Assembly (NCBI RefSeq): GCF_963506605.1
Contig: NC_083282.1
Span: forward strand, 8,866,001-8,930,000
Origin: Zootoca vivipara
Taxonomy: Eukaryota
Length of the DNA stretch: 64,000 nt
Reading direction: 5' to 3'
Under the pieces are notes generated by a model. That model saw only the letters and a list, made by a program, of their open reading frames with translations. It ran no database searches and was not told the origin of the DNA. This document shows positions 50,532 to 62,735 of this stretch, one piece after another. Every line of letters begins with the position of its first letter. The stretch's first letter is position 1. The position numbers were made by a program, and so were the translations under genes.

Positions 50532-50725
50532 AGGCAAAATCGCCCTTTGATCTTTAGCAAACGTCATCTCTAAAGGTTTTTTTTTTTTAAGCAACACATT
50601 TCTTAGAATATTTACTCTTTAAAAATTCACTATAAGATTTTTGACATTTAGAACATGAGATAATAGATTCTCGGGCAAAAAGACTCAAATCAGGACCAGT
50701 ACAGGAAGTGCTACCCTCATTCTAA

Positions 50726-51058
50726 AAAGGTAAAGGGACCCCTGACTATTAGGTCCAGTCGTGACCGACTCTGGGGTTGCGGTGCTCATCTCTTCCGTTA
50801 TTGGCCGAGGGAGCCGGCGTACAGCTTCCAGGTCATGTGGCCAGCATGACAAAGCCGCTTCTGGAGAACCAGAGCAGCACATGGAAACACCGTTTACCTT
50901 CCCGCTATTTATCTACTTGCACTTTGACGTGCTTTCAAACTGCTAGGTTGGCAGGAGCTGGGACCGAGCACGGGAGCTCACACCGTCGCGGGGATTCGAA
51001 CCGCCGACCTTCTGATCGGCAAGCCCTAGGCTCCATGGTTTAACCCACAGCGCCACCC
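50726..51058 (-). mobile_element. Sauria SINE
   Basis: (AAAGGT)n tail; body is the reverse complement of 25731-26081. Confidence 0.92.
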
Positions 51059-51578
51059 TATTGTATTCTATTGTGCTTCAATTGCAGTTAATTTGGTATC
51101 TGCACACAGCAGTTAATTGCAGTTAATTTGGTATCTGCACACAGCTAGATCCAATTGGCTATTTGATGTGGTTTATGTCATCCTGTCCAGCAGCATGACA
51201 TTGTGATTGGCTGGGATGATTTAGAAGGGACTGAAAGGGTGGAGGGGGAGGAGCTGCTGCTGCAGAAGCAGGAAGAGCAACACAGTGGCTGCAAACCCAC
51301 TGCAAACTGCCAGGAAACAGTGAACACCAAAGATCTTTTCAGAAGACAAGTCTCCCCCTTTCTGAATTACTACAGCCCTAGATTAAAAAAAAACTAATCT
51401 GGAGAACAACTGGGTCAATTTTGTTAAAAATACATGGCAACAACTAATTCATACAAGGAAAAAGACAATGGACCAAACAAAACACAAACAATTTGGGCTG
51501 ACAACGCAGGGTATGGGTGGTCAATACAGCACCAGGAAAGCAGAGGTAGGAGAAATGTGTAGCATGTTAACAAAGCAT

Positions 51579-52023
51579 TAAAGCTATGGTTTTCCCAGTA
51601 GTGATGTGTGGAAGTGAGAGCTGGACCATAAAGAAGGCTAATCGCCGAAGAATTGATGCTTTTGAATTATGGTGCTGGAGGAGACGAGTCCCATGGACTG
51701 TAAGAAGATCAAACCTATCCATTCTGAAGGAAATCAGCCCTGAGTACTCACTGTGGAAGGACAGATCGTGAAGCTGAGGCTCCAATACTTTGGCCACCTC
51801 ATGAGAAGAGAAGACTCCCTGGAAAAGACCCTGATGCTGGGAAAGATGGAGGGCACAAGGAGAAGGGGACGATAGAGGATGAGGTGGTTGGACAGTGTTT
51901 TCGAAGCTACGAACATGAGTTTGACCAAACTGCGGGAGGCAGTGAAAGACAGGAGTGCCTGGCGTGCTATGGTCCATGGGGTCACGAAGAGTCGGACATG
52001 ACTAAACGACTAAACAACAACAA
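51579..52023 (+). mobile_element. BovB (RTE) LINE 3' fragment
   Basis: KAMVFPVVMCGSESWTIKKANRRRIDAFELWCWRR...KLRLQYFGHLMRREDSLEKTLMLGKMEG; ends GAGTCGGACATGACTAAACGACTAAACAACAACAA. Confidence 0.93.
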
Positions 52024-54036
52024 ATCTCAGTCACCACCCACTACCCCGCTCCAGTTTCCTAAACTTACGAATGTAGACAAGACACATTTTGCCAATTTAC
52101 TAGGATCCATGTGAAGTTAGTGCTGACCCAGGAGTGATCCCTGTTCTCCTTTTCTCTGGAGCATCCAACATCCCTTATAACTTTCACGTCTATCAACCTT
52201 ATTCAGAACACTTGGTACCAATTTTGGGCTTGGCTCGTGTACTATAATTGTGTTGCCTTCTGTTCAAAGAAGCAAAGTTCAGCAGTGCCCAAAAGAACAG
52301 GGCAGAAAAATATTAGGGGTGATCTATACAACAGCCCTTCCCTCTTCCTCTGACACCTGCTGTTGGGCCATAGCACAAGTTTCAGCTACTGGGCTCAGGA
52401 CACCTGGAGAGACCATACATAATACTGTATCTAATGCTCCTTGCCAGCTCTTTAATCCAAATCTTTAAGAGTCCACAGTTCCCTACAATTTGCAAATACC
52501 ATACTAACCTTGGGGAGAAGAGAACATTCTATTTTTTAAATGCTCATTGAAACTATTAACAGCAGCAATTGAAACAAATTGCTGTATCTGCTTATAGAAA
52601 TGAGAGGGGAAGGGAGAACACTACTTTCTTTTGAGGGAGAATTGAGTAGGTCAATGGCTGTGACTATTCTCTCAATAACCACTAACAAAAGACCAGTTTT
52701 GGTGGTTAGGGAATAGTGGCTATTCATTGAATCTCAGAGTAATTGCACTTACCCCAAGCTGTGCTGAGAGAACCAAGCTATGTGGCCTGCCAGGTAACAC
52801 ATCTCAGCTTCGGTGGAAAGGAAAACAGACAAAAACCAAGCAATTCCACACACTTATTTACAAAAAGGCATTTACCTGTTTGCTACCAAAACGGCAGAAA
52901 TAAAAACCCACCACAAGATGATTACAAATGCCCTTGATTTGATTTGCAGAGTGCAATGTTCACTTGCTTAGCTTAAAATCTCCAAACTGGGTTGTCTGTT
53001 TTACTCTCTGGTTTTAAAAACCTAGGGGCTCAGACTACCAGTAACTGCTTCTAGCTAGCTACACATGATAAAGGACTCCAGAAAGCAGCACAATTATATT
53101 TGTACCATAAGTATTATGGCCTTTTAAATGGAACCCTGCCATCTGAGCAAAAATTTCAGCATTTTTAATCAGCAAGATTCTAGGCCTTATGCATATTATA
53201 CATTGTCAGGATAAAACAATCAAACCACATATTACAAATTCAGACAAAAAGAAAACTGAATTCTGTAATGTGTAAAATGAACAAATTAAATAATTCATTA
53301 GTAAACTTTTAGATGTTTTTATTGCAGAGAATTTTGATATTTTGGTTGAAAATCAGGGGTTAATTTTCAAGTATGGGGTTTCAGATAGCCTGAGCAAAAG
53401 GTTAGACACTCCAGGTAGATAATGATCAACTCATTCACAAAACAGTTAGAGCTTCATCATGTTCGGACATTTATTATCCAATGCACTGGCCACCTGGTCA
53501 GAAAATTGTTGTAAAAATAGATATTAATACTGATAAGAAATATGAAGGTAAGCCATATTTCCATTCTGCCAAATTTAGTGTTCTGTGAAACCCGATATAC
53601 TGCATTCTTTAAGAATGGCAGAAGTTGATCCAATAAATAAATCATTCATTTATATGTATCTTTTGTTCTCTGGATCTAACATATCAACAATTGTCTATCA
53701 ATTTAAAAAGCACTCCAATTTGGGTGTGTTATTTATTTATTGTGCCTGGGTATTCCATAGTGACTAACATATACTATTTTGTTTTTCAACAAACAAGGGG
53801 CCTGCCTGAACTGGTAAGCTGTGGAATGTAAAAGTTGGATGGGATACACATTTAAAATAAAGCATTACAAATGGTTTAAAACAAATTTCAATTCCAAAGG
53901 AAGGTGGTGGGCCCTATAAATATAACCATCACCATTTTATTTGTATACTGTCTTTCCATAGTTAAAACCATGCTCAATACAGCATAAAAAGATTTGCATA
54001 ATTATAGAAATAGTCATGAACAATAAATAAAACACA

Positions 54037-54280
54037 CAGAATCATAGAATTGGAAGATATCCCGAGGGTCATCTAGTCCAACCCCCTGCAATGCAGGAAT
54101 CTCTGCTAAAGCATCCATGACAGATGGCCAACCAACCTCTGCTTAAAAACCTCCAAGGAAGGAGAGTCTGCAACCTCTCCAGAGAGACTGTTCCACTCTT
54201 TCTTCCCGTCAGAAAGTATTTCCTGATACTTAGAATTTCCTTTGTTGTAACTTGTAGCCATTGGTTCGGATCCTACCCTC
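54037..54280 (-). mobile_element. CR1 3' fragment
   Basis: Reverse-complement CR1 tail (CCCCCTGCAATGCAGGAATCTC...CTTAAAAACCTCCAAGGAAGG). Confidence 0.85.
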
Positions 54281-54940
54281 ATTAAAAATACACAACCAAA
54301 TTGAACAATTTCCACATAAAACACAATAAGATCTAAAATAAATATATTAAAAATAAGGTCAGTAAAAGTGAAAACAGATTTTATAATATCCCAGGTCTGT
54401 TCAGCAGCCTCAGCTTCTGTAGCTGGAGTCAAATCAGGGTTCTGCCCTCCCAGGCCAGCTGGGAAAAGGCCCACAAAGCAGGGAGATGGTTTTCCAGGAC
54501 TCACAGCCAAGATGGTCTCTAGCCTCTTGGAGTATATATCTCAGGTGTCAAAAATCAGGATAAAGTGGTGTCAAAAGCTGCGCAATGAAGGTGCCAGACA
54601 TCTCTGTGGGGAGGGAATTCCATAACTTAGGGGCTACAGCAAAGAAGGCTTTCTCCTAGCGCCCCGTCCCCACTTTGTGAGCTTCCGAGGGTGGCAAAAC
54701 CACCAAGAGGGGACCCTCTGCTGATATTAACACTTAAAGAGGTCCATAGGGACGGAGACTGCCCTTCAGATATTTGGGGCATACATCATTTAAGGCTTTA
54801 AACACTAACACTTGAATTGAACCCAGAAAAGAACTGCCAACCAGTGCAGCTATTTTAAAATAGGGGCTATGCAGGTTCAAAATAGAACCCCAGCCAGCAA
54901 TTTGGCTTCTGCATTTTGGACCAATTGAAGAATCTGAGTC
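54281..54940 (-). mobile_element. Degenerate L2 3' fragment
   Basis: GGGAGGGAATTCCATAACTTAGGGGCTACAGCAAAGAAGGC (minus: AF.VAPKLWNSL) and GCATTTTGGACCAATTGAAG (minus: LQLVQNA). Confidence 0.7.
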
Positions 54941-57670
54941 AATTCACTTCTCAGGGGAAACCCAGAAAGAACTGCAGACCCAAATCTGACACAAGCATAC
55001 ACAGGCCAAAGTCTTTCTTGGGTTCCTCTGCCCCTTTTTTAAAGGAATGAGTGCATTTCCTGGTTCTTGCCTTTGCTGCTGTGCTTTATTTTTTTGTAGC
55101 AAACATTGTGTGTGCCCTTCCTGATCCTTCAGGGGCACATATTCTCCTTTTAAGTCTCCCACCCTTCAATGCTTCTTTATTTGAGGGTCTGGAAGAAGGA
55201 TTTTCTACCAAAGAAAAGAAAGCAGCTGAAAGCAAAGGGGGCTGAGGCGTATATAAGCACAAGAGCGCAAGAGGAAAGTGTCAATTAAAAAAATGAAGCC
55301 CACTGCATTCGGTGCCTGACAGTTGGGGTGAGCTGAGCTGACAGCCATTGCATCGGCCAGCTTTGGTGGCTCCTTCATCTCTCATGGTCCCCTGAGCTGG
55401 AAACCTGCGACCATGGCTTGAGCGGACCCTCGCACATTTCATTTGGTGTTGCAGTGGTTCCCCTGCAGCTATGTCTAATAATGGTAATTATAATGATTTG
55501 AGGCTTAAGAAGTCCAAATTGAGCCTGGAGGCAGATTGTAATGAAGCAGTCGTGGGGGGGGGGGGAGAGCAAGTGCCTCATGAAGCTGGAGCCGGCTCTG
55601 CCTCTCACCAAGGGACCAGCAAAGAGACCACGAAGCTGAGAAAGTGGGCTACAGTACTTTTTGAAGGAAGTGGATCACCAGTGGGCACTATGGTACAACC
55701 AACAGGACGTCAGTCCAGCAGTACATGAAGCAGCTTGTGTGAAATGGCAGGGTGCTGTTGCTGCTGTTCTGTTGAATACGACAAGTGTCATGAATGACTA
55801 GACCACCACTCCTCTCTCTCAAGCAGTATCTCCCTAACTACTTATCTGCCTTCGAATTCTAATCCCGCTTTTTATTTTCAAATGTTAGTCCAGAGCTATT
55901 TAGAATAAGCACAAATACTTTTTTAAAAAAACATAGATCGATCTCTCCATCTATATCTCTCTCTCTGATTTATATAGTTCTGATGTTGTTCAAATGTAGT
56001 CGCTGAGCATATGCGGAACCAAACAGGATGGTCTCTCTCATTCAAAAAGGGGAGGAAAGAACCTACAGTACATGGTTTGGGAATTCAAAATAGTCCTGCA
56101 CATATGAATCTGCCCTGAAATGAGTCAGTCCATCTAGCTTCAGCATTGTCTACTCTGACTGGCAAGTGGCATCACAAGCTCTCAAGCAAAAATAATAAAA
56201 TAATTTCAAAACATTTTCTTCTTCTGAGCTACGGTCTCTCCTCATGCAGATTATTACATTTTCTGACTTGCTTTCCTGACTGCCACTGAAAGTGGTCCCT
56301 CCCCAACCCCAGGCTGATGCAGAGCTCTCGCACTCCTACCTTCTCTTAATCCTACTCTATTTATACCTGAGTTTGCTCTGTGCTGGAGCAAGTACTCTTG
56401 TTGTAAGAAATTCACTGCCAATAATCGGAGGGTCTTGGGTTACATGTCGACTGAATTTCACCTTTCTGTTCATCGTGGCAGGACTTTTACCATTTTGATA
56501 CCCGAGTTACGATACCTTAGGCACATATGTATATTGTGAAGGCTTCCTTGTGGAAATTTATGGTGCAATAAATCAGGCACAAAAGTGCACAGCACTCTTT
56601 GTCTTCTTGCTTACATCATGGGTCCCTGGGAACAATCTCATTACTACTGATAGACATCTCTCCAGTTCCAAACCTGGCTGAGGGATAGACAGGCAGTGTA
56701 GCAAACATGTACTGCTCTCAGTGTGTTAATGGTTGTGTGGTCCATGTCACTGCGGAAATGGCCTTAGGGGAAGACTTGATGGGTCTCTCAAGCCATCAGC
56801 ATCTTTCTTGCCCTCCCCCCTTCGTCCTGCTTTCCCTTCCCCAGCTCACTGCCCTTATTAAAGCCATTCATTCTGAAAGCTAAATGAATATGTTTCATTT
56901 TCAAATGCTGGAGAACACTTGCAAGGAAAACAGAGGCCAGATAGAACAATCCTAATTTGATCACGTCTTCTCCTCCCCCACCCTATTTGTACACCCTGAT
57001 TCTCCCCCAGCTAAGGCAGACAGATATTCCTCATCCACCAGGAAGAGACAACATTGAATCTGTGCCTCTCGTACAGCTATGCATGTCTACACAGAAAACA
57101 CTGCATATACAAATTGTTTAAACGCATTTATAGAAGAAGCAATTCCATCTCACGCATTATAACCCAGACAACAGGCAACCTCATGCCGGTGTTCTTGTGT
57201 CAGCGGAACAGAAAAGCTGTTGCCAAGAGCAAGAGCCTCATCAGAAACTAGAGAGATCCTTTTCTCTCCCTCTTAAGTTATTAAAAAGCGTCTGGGTTGC
57301 TCTGCTGTCATCCTCCTTCCATTGTCATCATTCTACAAGGAAGAAAGGAGTGGAAACAGAGGATGCACCCACCACATGTCCTGACTCGCTCTTTTGCAGA
57401 GAGAAACAACTGGATCTTGCTCAAGCCGACTCCTAGGGCAGCCTCTACAGTTCATACAGCCCAGCTCATATTCTGACTAATGCATATTTATTACAGGTGC
57501 TCTCCAGTCTATTGTGAAGAGGCAATCACCCCAAGGTACCAGAAAAGGACTCTGCATTGCATTTCCATGTTTTCCTCAGGGGAAGTAAATGACCCTAGAC
57601 TGAGTTAAGACTAGATGATTCTGAACGGAAGAATACGGGGTGAAAACCTAACATGCCAATTTGAAATGGG

Positions 57671-57671
<1 letters not shown>

Positions 57672-57713
<42 letters not shown>
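57672..57713. repeat. (CA)n microsatellite
   Basis: About 21 CA units. Confidence 0.97.
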
Positions 57714-57717
<4 letters not shown>

Positions 57718-58474
57718 CAGGGGTGGGGAAGGTGTGGCCGTTGGCCTAATTTTGAAAGAAAGCCCTTTGTAAGTGATTAGTTTTGACCTCTGGCCAAAGG
57801 AGGAGTGAAAGTGTGAGAAGGAGATGGCAGAAAAGAGTGTCCCTGCTCACGCTGGTCCTACCCACAGTCAGCATGCAGCCTCCAACAGATCACACACACT
57901 CACATCTGCCCCGAAAATGCTGGTCTCAGTTGGAAATAGATTCCCCCATCCCTGGACTAAGGGAAGTAGAAAATAGGCCTAGCCCCATTGAAAGTCTGGG
58001 TATATCCCAAGTGACATATTTGGAACTCCCTTTACTGAATGTATCTATGGGGATGATGCACATTATGAGATACACTGTATATTAATTACTACAAGAGTCT
58101 CTTCAATGCTTTTTTTCTGGCATGCACAGTTTAACTGTCCCATTATATGCCCTTCTTGGGTTTTTTTTGGTGTTGTTGCTTACTGAGGAAAGCAGGCTGT
58201 GGATATGTCACTTTGGAAGGAAAGAATGCATTTGCAGGCGATCTCACACATTTCACTGTTCAGCAGCTTGCTTCCTTTTCGCTACAGAGTATCATTTGCA
58301 AGAACAAGAAAAATCCACAGCAATGAAGAACAAATGTGGAAAGAAGAGAGAGAGGCCTGAAGAAAGAAATAAGAGGCAGGAACTGGTTCATTTGTTAGAA
58401 TGTTAAAATGTATCCTTGTGATGATAGAAACGCTTGCCTTTTGCAGGCAGTCTGGAAATCAGACAAAAGACATA

Positions 58475-58905
58475 CAGTGGTACAGTGGAACCTCGGTTTA
58501 TGAACACCTCGTTTACGAATTTTCGGTTTACGAACGCAGCTGACCCATCTGGAACGGATTAATTCACTTTCCATTACTTTCAATGGGAAAGTTCGCTTCA
58601 GTTTATGAACGCTTCAGTTTATGAGCAGACTTCCGGAACCAATTGTGTTCATAAACCGAGGTACCACTGTACCTCTGGTTAGGAACACTTCTGGTTACGA
58701 ATGCTTCAGGTAACAAACTCCGCTAACCCGGAAGTAGGTGCTCCTGGTTGTGAACTTTGCCCTGGGATGTGAACGGAAATCACGTGCCGGAGACATGCGC
58801 GCAACGGGAGGCCCCATTAGCGAAAGCGCATCTCAGGATAAGAACAGTTTTGGGCTAAGAATGGACCTCCAGAACGAATTAAGTTCGTAACCAGAGGTAC
58901 CACTG
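58475..58905. mobile_element. Tigger-like MITE (outer), interrupted in its left TIR
   Basis: TA|CAGTGG-TA[insert]TA-CCTCTGGTTA...TAACCAGAGGTACCACTG|TA. Confidence 0.88.
58483..58669. mobile_element. Tigger-like MITE (inner, nested)
   Basis: TA|CAGTGGAACCTCGGTTTATGAAC...GTTCATAAACCGAGGTACCACTG|TA. Confidence 0.9.
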
Positions 58906-59759
58906 TATATTGCTGGGGGTGGGGGCACTGAAGATCTGACCACACCAGCTCTCCACCTTGCATCCCCATCACCCTCTGCAAAATGAAGGGCAACTGTCTA
59001 GTCGCTTAGTTAGGAGCCTTCATGAGTAGAAGCAGGCTCCCCACTTATGGCAGTCACTCTCCAACTTGCGGAGAGGTGATATGGGGATGGCACCAGTGTG
59101 CCCATTCCTGTAGCCCCACCCCACCCCATGTGTTCTTTTCCCATAATGCCTAAATGGGGCTACTGCCCTCCTGTGGGGGGGGTTGCTTAAAGGCTCTATA
59201 CGCTATTTCAGGTATACATTTGTGGATATGCAAACATAACAAAAACATGCTTGAAAACAAATGTATCCTACAACTACATTTGATACAAAGAGTTGGCTTT
59301 GGATCCCTGTTAAGGGCACAGCCCCAAGTTTATTGCTACACAAAAGAAGAAAGCCTGAGGGGCCAAGTGTCCCTTACTCAGCCCCTTGGCAGCGTGTTTA
59401 AGAGTCTGCGGTGTTGGCCAAGACATGTTTCTACTGGTATTTGCCTTGGATCGTTTGGGGGAGGGAGTATATCTGGGACTGGGTTCTAAATGCCTGCCAC
59501 TTCTTCTACTGTTTGGACTGTTTCCATGGCTCTTCCCCTGCGGCCACATGGCTTGTGGGGCTGGGGAAGGGGAGGGGGCTGTGCTTAAATGCTAAGGTCG
59601 CAGGACCGAGGGGCTCCTTCTCCCGCCCCCTGAAAAGCAAGGTAATGGGCAGGCTGGCAGTGGTATGCTGCGTCGCCGCAGCCATCCAGGCAAATAAAGA
59701 GCGACCTGCCAGGCCCACCCAGCCTGGTGCGCTTGTGTTCACTTATGTGGCAGGCTTCA

Positions 59760-59891
59760 NNNNNNNNNNNNNNNNNNNNNNNNNNNNNNNNNNNNNNNNN
59801 NNNNNNNNNNNNNNNNNNNNNNNNNNNNNNNNNNNNNNNNNNNNNNNNNNNNNNNNNNNNNNNNNNNNNNNNNNNNNNNNNNNNNNNNNNN
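59760..59891. other. Assembly gap (132 N)
   Basis: Run of N. Confidence 1.
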
Positions 59892-60189
59892 AGCCTAACG
59901 CAGGCGACAATCGGGGAGATGCTGAATTCATCTGACAGCGTCTGATTAAGACTACCTGTTGCCTGCAGCCTCATTTGCATGTTGTTTTTGTTTGCTTTTC
60001 TGGGTAACCCTTTTAACTGCATTTGTACTACAGACCCCTCTCCCTTGCCTTTAAAGAGAAAATGAAATTGCCCTGGGATGCCAGCAAAAGGAGTCACAAG
60101 TGTCACTAGATAAGAAAAGGGAGCAGAGATTATGGCTAGAAAGGGGGTTTTCCCTGAGGGAACCAGGTTTTGCAGCACTTTCAAAATAC

Positions 60190-60385
60190 CATAGATTCCT
60201 AGAATCATAGAATTGTAGAGTTGGAAGGGACATCTAGTCCAACCCCCTGCAATGCAGGAATCTCTGCTAAAGCATCCATGACAGATGGCCACCCAATGTC
60301 TGTTTAAAAACCCCTAAGGAAGGAGAGTCCACAACCTCCCAAGGGAGAACTTACTGAAGTTTAGTTGGAATCTCCTTTCTTGTAA
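60190..60385 (-). mobile_element. CR1 3' fragment
   Basis: AGAATCATAGAATTGTAGAGTTGGAAGGG...CCCCCTGCAATGCAGGAATCTC. Confidence 0.85.
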
Positions 60386-61058
60386 GAGTTTTCCAACAAC
60401 ATATGGGGAAGATGTCAAAGTGCCTCCACATCAGAATCTTCACCACACATACTGAGAGAACTCAGGTACTATATTTCTGATCTATCAAAGTGAATAGAAA
60501 TGGACTTAAATTACTAGGAACTCTTACAAAAGTTATTGCCCATGGCTTGCAGTTTTAATAGATGTTTCAAGGTATAGGTAACTTACATTTTTATTTAGGA
60601 CTGCAAGCTTCACATCCAATCAAAGGTATGTTTATCCACACACAGAAAGTCACAATGGTTTCCATTGCTTACAAAAATGTGTGCTTACAATATAATCTAT
60701 ACAACACACCCAATCCTAAACTCAGAGAATCCCTCTGGCTTCAATACAGCTTATTCCCAAGGAAGCATCCAAATGAAATCAATATATTGATTATCAATGG
60801 ATGGAGCAAATTTTAAAGGGTGAGTGAGGGGCACCCGTGTTCATTTTTGAAAGCATTTTTCCCTTGTTGGATTATACTAATAGGAACCAAAAGAGAAAAA
60901 AAAATAGTGAATGCCATTTCTTCTAACAATAAGCGGCAGTGCTTGTTTATCCAGTTTTTACATTGTATTGCACTTCTTTCTATATTGCGTCAAAAAGCAC
61001 CTGTATTGAGGCCATGGTTCATGCAAATCTCAACAGGCATCCCATGAAATCTGACCTT

Positions 61059-61305
61059 AGGGCTTGTCCACAATTCCGCTTGTGCCATGCCTAGGAACCA
61101 TGGACCCAAGCAGTTTTCTAGGCACTATCTAGGCATAGGTCCAAGCAGTTTCCCCCTTGCCCCACTGCTTTCCTTGGGAAAACATGCTCTTTAACGATAG
61201 CTTGGAACAAATGGCAGTCCAAGGGAAACCCGAATTATCATTTACTCCAGTTGAGCACTAAAGAGTGGTTTTCTGCGGTTCAAAGCAGCAGGGCAAGAGG
61301 AAGAT
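61059..61305. mobile_element. Harbinger-like MITE (right end degraded)
   Basis: AGGGCTTGTCCACA start; interior is reverse-complementary to 50277-50531. Confidence 0.65.
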
Positions 61306-61504
61306 TAGCTAAAGCATTAATTGTGATCTTGAAAGGAACGTAGTGCATGCAGACAGAGTTTGTATTGCATATCTGAAGAGGCAGCCACATAATAATCTAA
61401 GTACAGATTGTCTCAGCACTCAATGCTGAGTGCAGACAGACCATTTGTACTTTGTCATGCATTTGGAGGTACATGCCGTTTACGCTGGATTAAATGCTGT
61501 AGGG

Positions 61505-61991
61505 CAGGGGTGGCCAGCTCTCAAGAGACTGCGATCTACTTTCAGAATTAAAAACTGACAGTGATCTACCTCCGTTTTTTGGGGGGGGTTCAGCTCAAAG
61601 TTATTGAGCTTTTTGGGGGACAGAAAACCCCATGGGGGGGTTCAGCTCAGAATTGTTGAGCTTTTCTTCTTATTTTAGGGAGAAAAGCCCCCTTTAAGGG
61701 TTTTTTTAAAAAAAAAGCTGGGGGGGGGACTTCAGTTTTGGTGGGGATTAAAGGCAAGGGACAAAGGGGTAAAGTCACTCACAAAAAGGTCACTATGGAT
61801 GAAAACAGCACCACAGAGAAAGCTCCATCTTCCCTTCCAGAGATAAAACAACAATGGAGGGTGGGGTGAGGGGGCGTGGCAGGAGTCAGTTTTAGTGAGG
61901 CTAAGGAGAGGGAGCCAGAGATCGACTGTGATTTACCAAAACCTTGCGGGGATCTACCAGTAGATCGTGATCGACCTGTTGGACATCTCTG
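61505..61991. mobile_element. hAT (Charlie-type) non-autonomous element
   Basis: CAGGGGTGGCCA...TGGACATCTCTG; TSD CTGTAGGG / CCGTAGGG; repeated GATC(T/G)AC subterminal motifs. Confidence 0.82.
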
Positions 61992-62083
61992 CCGTAGGGG
62001 AACAGAGCTGAACACAGAAAATGAAGATCTAAGGGCATGCATTCTGTGGGGCTCATTTCAGCCCAACCCCACCCTAATCCACT

Positions 62084-62735
62084 AGTGCCTTCCATCAACT
62101 TCAGCTGGTGACCCAGCTGCACCCCTATCCGGACAAGGATAGCCTAACTTCTGTCATCTATGCTCTGGTAACCTCCTGGTTAGATTACCGCAATGAGTTA
62201 AGTGTGGGGCTGCCTCCAAAGAAGGCCAGAAACTTCAGCTGGTGCAGAATTCAGCAGCCAGGTTGCTCACTAGGGCAAGGTGGTTTGAGCATACCGGTAT
62301 TACACCAATCCTGGCCTGATTGCACTGGCTGCCAATTAGGTTCCGGGCCCCACTCAAAGTGCCTTAGACAGAGCCGTAGAACCTCATGGACTGCTTCTTC
62401 CCATATGAACTGACCCAGACCCTGTGATCATCATCTGAGGCCTTTCTTTGAGTGCCTCCTCCATGAGAGCTCCAGAGGATGGCGATGCAAGAATGGACCT
62501 GTTCTGTGGGGTCCACTCCACGAGGAGACTTGCCTGGTGCCTTTGTTACACATCTTTAGGTGTCAGGCAAAAATATACTTCTTCTTTCAGGCCTCTGGCT
62601 AATTAAACAATCAATCCACCTTTTAAACTTTGTGTGGAAGGTTTATACTTGTGTTCGTTACTACATTATGTATTTTTGTGTTTTTATACTGTAAGCTGGC
62701 CTGTGATCCTCGGACGAAAAGTGGTATGTAAATTG
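62084..62735 (+). mobile_element. L2 LINE 3' fragment
   Basis: QLHPYPDKDSLTSVIYALVTSWLDYRN...GLP...LQLVQNSAARLL, a degenerate L2 ORF2, plus the 3' tail. Confidence 0.87.

Noticed and set aside
59411-60292. Long ORFs (174 and 235 aa)
   Set aside because: Their length comes from reading through the N gap and into a CR1 tail.
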